A stretch of DNA of 64,000 bases. It comes from the human T2T-CHM13v2.0 reference genome, Homo sapiens. The notes below the pieces were generated by a model, which was not told the origin of the DNA, ran no database searches, and was given only the letters and a program-made list of their open reading frames with translations. Shown piece after piece: positions 54,167 through 64,000 of the stretch (position 1 is its first letter; the number at the start of each line of letters is the position of its first letter). Made by a program: the position numbers and the translations under genes. The stretch lies in assembly GCF_009914755.1 (NCBI RefSeq), contig NC_060946.1; one strand, given 5' to 3'.

Positions 54167-55057
54167 TGCATTAATCAGGGTTTTCCAGAGGAACAGAAAC
54201 AATAGAAACAACATTTCCTATTGTTTATGTATGTACATAAATATATATCTCCTATTTATAAATATTTTATACCTATAAATATATATCTCCTATATATTAA
54301 CAATCTCCTATATATCTCTTATTTATTTATATTATAAATGTAGATTAATGTATATCTCTTATTTATATTTATATACTAAATATATAAATATATTTTAAAA
54401 AATATATACATATATATTTCCTATTTATATATTTATATATAATTTATAATATTTTATACCATTAAATATATTTATAGTATTACATACATAATATTATATG
54501 TATATTGTACATATGTAACATATATACATAAAACAAGAGACTGGCTAAATATCTTAATTATATAATATAACATAATTATTATATTATTATATATCTATAT
54601 ATTATATGTATATTATACATGTATATAACATCCAACATATAGATAATTGATACTGGATTTTTACAAAGTTGGATTTTATTGAGGCTGATGGCTTTCACAC
54701 TATCATTATTATCTATTATTACATATAGATATATAATATATACATCTTTATGTAATAATAATAATAATAGTTTGAAAGACATCAGCCATTTGAACTGGTG
54801 GACTAAGTAAGGCAGACGGCCCTGTCTAGTCAGATGAGAAGCACTCCATCTTACCCAGGCTTTCTGTTTTACTCAGGCCTTCAACTGATTGGATGAGGCT
54901 CACCCACACTGGACAGCCATCTGCCTTACTTAGTCCACCAGTTCAAATGCTAACGTCATCCAGAGACACCCTCGCAGGCACAGCCAGAATCATGTTTGAT
55001 CAAATGTCTGGCCACCCTGTGGCCAAGACAAGCTGAACCATAAAGTTAATTAACACA
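54167..55057 (-). mobile_element. MLT2 LTR with an expanded, rearranged (TA)n-rich interior
   Basis: tgcattaatcagggttttccagaggaacagaaacaatag ... caggccttcaactgattggatgaggctcacccaca ... tgtttgatcaaatgtctgg. Confidence 0.88.
54225..54770. repeat. AT-rich degenerate (TA)n tract
   Basis: Directly visible. Confidence 0.9.
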
Positions 55058-55826
55058 TGTCATAAAAATAAGCAGCCTCAGAACCACAGTTGCTGTGAAA
55101 CCCTCATCCTGAAGGACCCCAGAGAGAATGGAATGAGCTTGGTGTTCCCCAGAAAGCTCCCAACCTAGAGAACTTTCACAATTTGTCCTGTCTGACAGTT
55201 ACCTGCAAGTGACCAAGGGCTTGCCTTTATTTGATCTAACTCTGTCTGGACAAACAAGCTACATTCCTGGTTGTTTGTCAAAAACAGTCATCAGTAATTT
55301 TAACATTCTTGACCCACTATTACCAGCATAAGAAAACAAGAGACTGGTTAAATATCTTAAAAAGAAAATTGGAAGAATGAGATATCCAAAAGAGGCTTTG
55401 AAAATCTTCAAAATATTCCTGGTAACCTAGAAGGCTACACACACATCCCAGGCTGTGCACATGCCCAGGGAGGACCCAACATGGACTCAGCCTCTCTGAC
55501 CTGTGCAAGTGGGAAGTGAGGGCTAAGGTGGAGCTGTGACTGCCTGCTGGAGCATTGGAAGTGCACCACAGAGACCCACAGGACCCTCAGCAAAGGCAAG
55601 GAGACATTGGGTGAAGCCATTTAAGGAAATCCACTTCCTATCATAAGCTGACAACTAAACCAACCAAGGAGAGGACCACACACAACAAAGAATACAGATA
55701 TTACAGAAACGGTTCAGGACAGTCACTAAAAAAAAAGCAGGAACGATAACAACAAATATCTGGGAAATGGGGGAAATCTGATTTCCAGAGTTGTCATATT
55801 TTATTATTTAAAATGTATAGTATTCT

Positions 55827-56094
55827 GGAGGCTGAGGAGGGTGGATTACTTGAGGTCAGGAGTTTGAGACCAGCCTTGCCAACATGGTGAAATCCCGTCT
55901 CTACTAAAATTACAAAAATTAGCCAGGTGCGATGGTGCATGCTTGTAATCCTAGCTACTCAGGAGGCTGAGGCATGAGAATCGTTTGAACCCAGGAGGTG
56001 GAAGTTGCAGTGAGCTGAGACGGCTCCACTGTCCAGTCTGGGCGACAGAGTGAAACTGTGTCTCAAAAAACTAATACATAAAATAAAATAAAAT
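55827..56094 (+). mobile_element. 5'-truncated AluS
   Basis: Starts at ggaggctgagg; TSD aaaatgtatagtattct 55810-55826 / aaaatatgtagttttct 56095-56111. Confidence 0.93.
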
Positions 56095-56359
56095 AAAATA
56101 TGTAGTTTTCTGCAAAACATTATGAGACACTCAAAGAAACAAAAAGTATACTCAATGCAGAGACAATAGCAACTGTCCCTCAGGGGCCCAGATGTTGGGC
56201 TCACTAGTCAGAGACATTTTTTGTTAAATATTTTCCTAAGTTCTATGTTCTTTTTAATGCTATTATACCTTGACTTGTTCAAATTTTGTTTTCAGATTGT
56301 TTATTGCAAGTGTATAGAAATAATATTTATTTTTGTATACTTATCATGTACCTTCAACA

Positions 56360-58865
56360 TTCTTCCAGCCATCATAAATAAACCAGATGTGGACATCACA
56401 AAAGAAAAGAAAACTCCTTATGAATACAGGTGCAGATATCCTCAAGGAGATACTAGCATACCTAATCCAGCAACTGAGAAAAAGGATTATATGCCATGAC
56501 CAAGAGGGATTTCAATGTTGGTTAAACATCTGAAAATCAATGTAATACCCCATATCAATAAAGAAAAGAACAAACAATATGACATCTCAGTAGATAAAGA
56601 AAAAGCATTTGACAAATCCCAACACATTTTCATGATAAAAACAATTAAGACACTATGAGTAGAATGAGACTTCCTCATCCTGATACAAGGCATCTATGAA
56701 AATCTCACAGCTAACATTATACTTAATGGTGAAATACTGTTTTCCTCTTAAGATTAGGAACAAGTCAATGATATCTGCTCTCATCACTTCTATTTGACAT
56801 TTTACTGGAGATGCCAGTGAGAGAACAGAGGCAAGAAAAAGCAATAAACAGCTTCCAGATTGGGATGAAAGAAGTAAAACTATATTTCCCGATAACTCGA
56901 TCTTGCATATAGGAAACCCTATAGAACCCACAAAATACACACACCTGCAAAACTATTAAAACTAATAAACAAATTCATCAAGGTTTCAGGTACATGACAA
57001 ATACACAAGATTGTATTTCTATACACTTGCAATAAACAATCTGAAAACGAATTTTTTTCAAAAAAAGTCAATTTATAATAGCATTGAAAAGAACAAAGTA
57101 CTTAGAAAAGTATTTACCAAAAATCTACAAATGTGCATACTGAAAACCACAAATATTTTTGAAAAATTGAAGACTTAAATAGATGGAAAAATTTCCCATT
57201 ATCATGGATCAGAAGATTTAATATTGATAAGATGGCAATGCTCCCCAAATTGATGTACAGGTTTAAAATAATCCCTATCAAAATCCCAAATGCTTTTTTG
57301 CAGAAACTTACTAGATGATCCTAAAATCCTTAGGAATATTAAAGGAACCTGGGATAGTAAGAACAATCCTGAAAAGAAGAACAAACATTTCTCAAATTCA
57401 AAACTTACTATAAAGCTGCAATAATTGATGTAGGTACCAGCACAAAGATAGACCTATATAGATCAATGGAATCTATAGACACCTAGATTCAATAGAATTG
57501 GGTGTCTAAAAATGACCATTGTAATTATGATCAACTGATTTTGGGCAACCGTGCCAAGACCATTCACTAGGAAAAAAAAAAAATCCTTTCAATAAATGGT
57601 GATAGGGCCACTGCTTTGTACATGCTGAAGAATGATGTTGGGCTCCCTACCATACCTCATGTACAAATATTAATTCAAAAGAGATCCTAGACCATTACTC
57701 TTGTAGGTAAGTTTATTAGCTCTAACTAGAGTTAAAACTATAATCTTCTTAGAAGAAAACATAAGAGTAAAACTTTGTAATCTTGGTATAGGTAATTGTT
57801 TCTTAGTTATTTCACCATGTTAGACTTTATTAAAATTAAATACTTTTGTGGTTCAAAAGGCAACATTAAGTAAGTGACAAGACAACCCACAGAATGGGAG
57901 AGAACATTTGCAAATTATATATCTGAGAAGGTACCTGTATTCAGAATATATAGACTACTCTTAAATTGAATAATAAAAATGAAAATAAAACAATTTTAAA
58001 ATGAGCGAAATATTGAATATTTCTCCACAGAAGATATGCAAATAAATGGTGGATAAGCCCATGAAAAGATACTCGACATCATTAGTCATTTTATCAGAGA
58101 TACGCAAATCCAAACCATAATGAGATACCACTTCATACCTACTAGGTTGGCTTAAATTAAAAAAAAAAAAGACAAACAAATAGCAAGTGTTGGCAATAAT
58201 GTGAAGAAACAGGAATTCTTGCACACTGCTTGTAGAATTTTAAGATGGTGAAGTCACATTAGGAAAGAGTCTAATATTTCTCAAAATGTTACAGGTAGCG
58301 TTACCGTATGACCTAGCAATTCCACTCCTGGGTAAATACCTAAGAGAAGTGAAATACATGTCCACACACAAACTTGTGTGTAAATGTTCATAGCAACATT
58401 ATTCGTAGCAGCTACCAAGTGGAAACAACCAAAAGTCTGTCAACTGGATAATAGATAAACAAATGTGGTCTCTTCATATAATGCCATATTTTTCAGCCAC
58501 AAGAAAGGAATGAAATATAACACATGCTATAACATAGATGAATCGTAAATACATTACGTTAATTGAAAGAAGCTATCATAAAAGATCCCAAGTTATATGA
58601 TTCTATTGTCATAAAATGTCAAGAATAGACAAATCCATAGAGACAAAGTAGATGAGTGCTTTCCAGGAGCTGAGAGGAGAGGCAGTAGCTGCCAATGGAT
58701 ATGGAATTTATTTTCAGGGTAATAAAAATGTTCTCAAATTCTATCGTGGTGACTGTGCACCCCTCTATGAATACATTCAAACCTTTTGAATTACAACCTT
58801 CAAAGGAGTGATATTTATGGTGTGTGAATTATAAACAAATTATATTATAAATTGCATTATAAAAA
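56360..58865 (+). mobile_element. L1MB-type ORF2 3' half plus 3' UTR, decayed
   Basis: aaaagcatttgacaaatccc, aaatctcacagctaacattatacttaatggtgaa, atgagataccacttcatacctactagg, tgacctagcaattccactcctgggt; many stops and frameshifts. Confidence 0.92.
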
Positions 58866-59256
58866 TGAAATTGGATCTTCATCATGATATAAATTATGTA
58901 AATAAAGAGTTGCATGTATGAATGAAGGAAACTTGCAGGAAACTGTGACTTTATCAATGGGGCTTATCAGGACCCGCTGCTTTGTTTTCCTCCATAAACC
59001 TATCACTGCCTGATGTACTGTGCATAGGAAAACCCAACCACGTTGAGATTCGGTACCTCCAGTTGTGTGAACTGCAGGATCACAGTATGTGAAGTTAATG
59101 GGATAATGGGGGATCCTGTACAGGCAGCTGTCTTGGTGTCTAGGAATCCAGCTGCACAATTCACATTCATTCTGGACCTTGTTAAAGTGTGACACCACTT
59201 GTCTATTTTGGCTTAAAGATCTTAAATATCAATGGGGATGATTCAGGACCCTGTGG

Positions 59257-59790
59257 TGTAGTAGTCAGGGTTCTCCAGAGAAACGGAAGAGAGAGAGGGA
59301 GAAAGGAAGAGAGAGAAGCAGGGAGGGAGAGATAGAGAGAGAGAGAAACTTATTACAATAAGATTTATTGTTAGAAATTGGCTCACACAATTATGGAGAC
59401 CGGAAAGTCCCAAGATCTGCAGGGTGAGTCAGCAAGTGATCTAGGAGGCCTGATAGTACAGTTTCAGTCTAAAGCTGATTCCAAGACCCAGTGACAGCCA
59501 ATGTCCCCATCCCAGTCTGAAGGCAGAAAATAAGACCATGTTGTTGTTTGAAGGTGGTCAGGTAGGGGAATTTCCTCCTGCTCGGGGGAGGGTCAGCCTC
59601 TTTTCTATTCAGGTCTTCAGCTGATTTGATGGACTCACCCGAGTTAGGCAGGGCAATCTCTTTATCCAGTCTCCTGATTTAAATGTTAATCTCCTCCAAA
59701 AACACCTTTACAGGAACACTTAGAATAATGTTTGACCATATATCTGGGCACCCCGTGGCCCAGTCAAGTTGACACATAAAATTAACTATG
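59257..59790 (-). mobile_element. MLT2 solo LTR with internal (GA)n
   Basis: tgtagtagtcagggttctccagagaaac ... ctgggcaccccgtggcccagtcaagttgacacataaaattaac; tgtgg flanks both sides (59252-59256, 59791-59795). Confidence 0.92.
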
Positions 59791-60618
59791 TGTGGTTACC
59801 TGGCTGGTGCTTCCAGCGCATGGGTTGTATTCCACGTATATGTTGGCATGCGTTTCAGTGACTCAATCTGAGGAGATCAGACCCAAATAATTCTGGGGAT
59901 GCATAGGTACACCTTCTGTTCCCCCTCCTGGGTGGTTTGCCAATCATTTTCCCACCTGGCTCATCCATTTCTCCCTTCTTGTCCATTTCTCCATTTTTAT
60001 GGAAGCTAAGAAATGCAGTCCACATCCATTTAAGAATGGAATCTGGGCAGGAAATGACAGCCAATTCCCAACCCCATTTGTTTTGTGCTATTATTGGATT
60101 TGCTATTGTGGAGTTTTACATATTTACCTGCATATTTGTTTGTATCTCTTTTCTTGCAGCATTTAAGTTCTGTGGGCCATGCTGCCACCCATCCCATGCT
60201 GCCCCACCCCCACCTATTATGTTGTTATGTTTCCCTTGCCAGGGGTAGCACATGGTACCATTTGTTGCTTAGTAATTTTTGAGTAAATACAATAAACTAA
60301 ATTATATGTGGATAGTTTATTAATAAACTGCTTAGCTATGGTTAAGTTTTTGATTTCTGATGCAATCCATGTACTAGCTATGCCCTTCCTGCCACTACCT
60401 ATGCTCCGCAGAGCATGCTAATATTGGCTTAAAGCCCAGTTCCATAACTCCAAGGAATCCAAGGCCTCCCCACGATGTCTATCCACTCCAGGGCTTGTTC
60501 TGTCCTCATTCACTGTCTTCTTGGTTCTTGAATCCAAAAGTGTTATCTGTCTTGACTCTCCCTATCCCTGATTCAACTCTCCCCTGGCACAGAAGAACTT
60601 CCAAGACTGGGGGCCATA

Positions 60619-60802
60619 AGGGTAGCACGTCCTGGCCCTGGGCTCTGCCTTCCTGCTGATCCATGGAGGGCAGCATCCTGGCTCTCAGCTCTACCTTCCT
60701 GCTGATCCATCGAGGGCAGCATCCTGGCTCTCAGCTCTACCTTCCTGCTGATCCATCGAGGGCAGCATCCTGGCTCTCAGCTCTACCTTCCTGCTGATCC
60801 AT
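60619..60802. repeat. 46-bp tandem repeat, about 4 copies
   Basis: cctgg at 60631, 60677, 60723 and 60769; unit cctggctctcagctctaccttcctgctgatccatcgagggcagcat. Confidence 0.95.
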
Positions 60803-61369
60803 TCTCCTCTCTCCTTCCTACCAGTTCCTCACCTCCTCATTCCTTTGTGAACATTCGAATTCTCCCCATTGCCCAGAACCACCCAGCACTTCCACCTACT
60901 GTCCCTACCCTTGCACAACACACTCTAGCAAGGTCTTGGCAGAGAAAGAGCCCTTTGTTTAACAGGATCCACTTCCATAGGAGATATTTAGGGTTATAAC
61001 TATTAATATTTTTCCTATCGCACTTTTTTGGGGGTTCATTTATGTATTTCTCAATTTATTCACAATGGAGTCATACCATGTTTATTTAGCAAACCATAGG
61101 CACCAAATAAAAAATACAATAAAGTCTTTTTGATACTTAAGAAATGTAGGAAAATAAATTCAAAGGAGGCAGCTGGCTCCACAGCCTGTGGCCTTGGCCC
61201 CGCAGCACTGAAGCCACCGCACAGACTTTCCCCTCCTGCCAGCCCTTCCCACTCGGCTCCTGGCTCCTTCGTGGAGTGGGCATCCTCCCAGTCAGCCCCT
61301 CATCAGTGCTTGCAGCGACCTCTAATGCTCCCTACAGAGCACGCCACACATCAAACTCATCAACAAATC

Positions 61370-61960
61370 CCCACCTTAAACATCCAAAGGCCTCTCTGTC
61401 TCCATCACTGCAGGCTCTAGGTGATGCCTCTTAGACAGGAACATTCCTGCTTTGATCTCTGCCCGCCTCCATCTCCCCTGAACATTTCTGCCAAGACCTG
61501 TCCTCTCCAAAACCCAAGATTGATCCCTTTGTCTGTGAGCTAAACCCCAAACCCCCACACAGCCCTGAGGCTCTGGATTTGGCCATGCTGCCCGACCCAC
61601 TTCATCTCTACCGGATCCCTTGGCACAAGTCCATTGAATGTCCATCGAAGTCATGGTGCTCTTGTCCCTGAAGACCCTGGAAATGGGGGTCTCTCTGCCT
61701 GGAACGCCCCTGTACTACTTTCCCATCCCCTGAAACATTCGCCATTTTTAAGACCAAGCTGAAATGTCCAGTCTTCCACAAATATCTTCCAGTCTTCCCA
61801 TCTAGAATTAATCCATTTGCATTCTATAATTTATGTCTGGTTAAATGATCCTTGCTTTAGCTCCTGAGTAGCTGTTTCTGGGCCTGTCGCGTGGGTTGTC
61901 CTGAGAGCACAGTCCCTGTCTGGGCCCCTCGCTATGTCTGGTTCAGGGCCTGGCACACAC
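61370..61960 (+). mobile_element. Decayed L2 fragments
   Basis: ctctgcctggaacgccc, ttaagaccaagctgaaatgtc, cagggcctggcacac. Confidence 0.5.
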
Positions 61961-62816
61961 CACTTGGGTGCCTCCAGGGAGGGTGATCAGAGGCTGCTTC
62001 CCATGGGACAGGCTTACAGATGTGCTGGCTGAGCGGCCCCACACACCCTTCTTTCTTCCCTTGTACCAAAGGGCTCAGTAGCTGTCCTCCCACTTCCATA
62101 AATGCCAGCCGGCCACCCCTGTGCCTTCACGCAGCTTCCAAAGGCCCCTCGCAGGGACCCTCTGAGTCCCCCAGGGCTCTCCCCTCATGCTAGTGGGCTC
62201 ATGTCTGTAAGGTAGAGGGCCCAGTCCTCCTTCTTCCTCATCCTCCAGCTCTCAGTACACTTCTGGGAACCGCGTAGGTGCTTAGTAAATGCTGTTGGAT
62301 AAAAGGGATTAGATAATTTATGACCAAAGATAGAGAATAATTGCCAATGAGAATTACATACTAATAACGCAAATAGCTCTGAGTTCATCTTGAAGTTTCT
62401 TTCTTGACCTGATTCTCAACAAGGGGAACATAAAATCAAAGGTTGGCCTATTTAGCTAGATGGTGATGAACCGTGAAACTTCAATTGGCAGCCAGGGAAG
62501 GCTGATTATATAGATTAGAAATGCATTTATATCAGGCTCTTTTATCTACCAAGAAGCACTGAGAAAGTGGGAGATGGAGTCCATGAACGCTTTGATATTT
62601 ATGTCTCTTTCCTTCAGTTTTTCTGAGGTCCTTCTATGTTCATATGACATGGCTGAGCTTTCTCTTCACATAGAAGTTCAGTTTCTGTATTCGAAAGTGG
62701 CCTTTGACCTCTGTGGATGGAGAATCCAGACTTTCTAATGGTGGTCTGGGACCCTTTTGATGAGCTGCCTGGAGGCTGGCATCATTTTTTACATGACTAT
62801 TAAAAGCACATTTCAA

Positions 62817-63252
62817 ACTGGGCACAGTGGCTCACAAACGTAATCCCAGCACTTTTGGGAGGTCAAGGTGGATGGATCACTTGAGCTCAGGAATTCAAGA
62901 CCAAACTGGACAATATGGCAAACTCTCTCTCTGTCTCTCACTTTCTGTATATATATATATATACATGTATATATGTATATATATGTATAAATATGTATTT
63001 ATACTTATTTTATATTTATATGTAAATATATATATACATATATATAATATATGTATGTATATATATATTTTACATGTATATAAAATTAGCCGGCAAATAA
63101 AAATTAGCTGGTAAATACAAAAATTACTTGGGGGGGTTGAGAGGCAGGGGGATCACTTGAGCATGGGAGGTCAAGGCTGCAGTGAGCCATGATCGCACTA
63201 CTGCACTCCAGCCTGGGAGACAAAGTGAGATCCTGTCTCTAAATAAATAAAT
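62817..63252 (+). mobile_element. AluJ with a (TC)n(TA)n expansion in the central linker
   Basis: gatcacttgagctcagga, gggaggtcaaggctgcagtgagccatgatcgc (J diagnostics); cacatttca flanks both sides. Confidence 0.9.
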
Positions 63253-63752
63253 ACAGACACATTTCACGCCTTTTACATGTTGTTTGGAAACTGCTCAAGG
63301 GAGGGTCAAGTGTGTTATTCAGGTCAGGTTCCAAACATATGATGACGGAATTGGTGGAAACATAGGTTAACCATGTTCTTTCCCAAGTCATAACTGTGCC
63401 TTTCTCATCCATTTGCATAAAAATCCCTGAGCACAAGTGCCTGCTCCAGTTCCCTTCCTGGGGACGCCCCCCGCATGCTGTGCTTATTAAAGGCACAGCC
63501 TGGCTGGGATCAGGACGCTCCTGTCTCACTCCTCACATTCTCCAGGCCCATTAATTGTGACAATTAGTGACACTTGTGTTTTGTGTCAGTATAATTCATA
63601 AATTCATGAATAAACAACAGTATTCTGAGAATTGATCACTCTTTCGCAGTGACTGGCAGCTTCTACAGAGCAAGGTCCCTGGGAACCATTTCAACATCCA
63701 AAGTACTTTGCATATTGGGGGCATGGTCCATCATCTGGTGAAATTTGCCTAT

Positions 63753-63907
63753 GGAAGGAAGAAGGAGAAGGGAAATGAAGGAGGAAAGAAAAGAGGTGAG
63801 AGGGAAAGAGGGAAAGAGGGAAGGAGGGAAGGAAAAAAGGAAGGAAGGAAGAAAGGAAGGGAGGAAGGAAGAAAGGAAGGAAGGAAGGAAGTGGGGGAGG
63901 GAGGGAG
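63753..63907. repeat. GA-rich / (GGAA)n repeat
   Basis: Directly visible. Confidence 0.93.
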
Positions 63908-64000
63908 AATAATTTGTGAATTCACGAATCAGCAACAATACATTGAGAACTGATCACTCTGCTCAGGTTGACTGTCAGTGTCTACAGAGCAGGATCTCCT

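Larger units (their letters stand above)
53865..56210 (+). mobile_element. Old L1M 5' region (L1M4/L1MB-type), interrupted by MLT2 and Alu
   Basis: ctccataaaagcaatgagaacactgg...aaaatcaacttt; gggaaatctgatttccagagttg; lies upstream of a same-strand L1MB ORF2/3' end. Confidence 0.65.

Overview
This window is primate (very probably human) non-coding nuclear DNA, either intergenic or deep intronic. It is dominated by interspersed repeats: Alu J/S/Y, L1PA/L1M, L2, MIR, L3/CR1, MaLR and ERV LTRs (MLT1, MLT2, THE1, MST, MER4-, MER31/67- and LTR18-like) and hAT DNA transposons (Charlie1a, MER53, MER58, MER5). It also holds many micro- and minisatellites. I found no host protein-coding exon, RNA gene, CpG island or CRISPR array that I can support. 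The listed ORFs are repeat-derived or chance ORFs, and I see no evidence of a new multi-gene system. The notable signals are genome-dynamics footprints: (1) an L1PA with an apparent 3' transduction bounded by an 11-bp target-site duplication (TSD) at 5810-6785; (2) a ~330-bp local copy flanked by a TSD-like direct repeat at 7168-7511, with its partner at 8965-9794; (3) a cluster of fold-back inversions and templated insertions at 54.1-57.1 kb; (4) a 22-bp minisatellite with a 7-mer higher-order repeat; (5) nested transposon stacks; and (6) a repeat-free, homeobox/SOX/TCF-motif-rich enhancer candidate at about 29.3-29.8 kb. Repeat subfamily names come from recalled consensus similarity, not a database run, and boundaries of old repeats are approximate.
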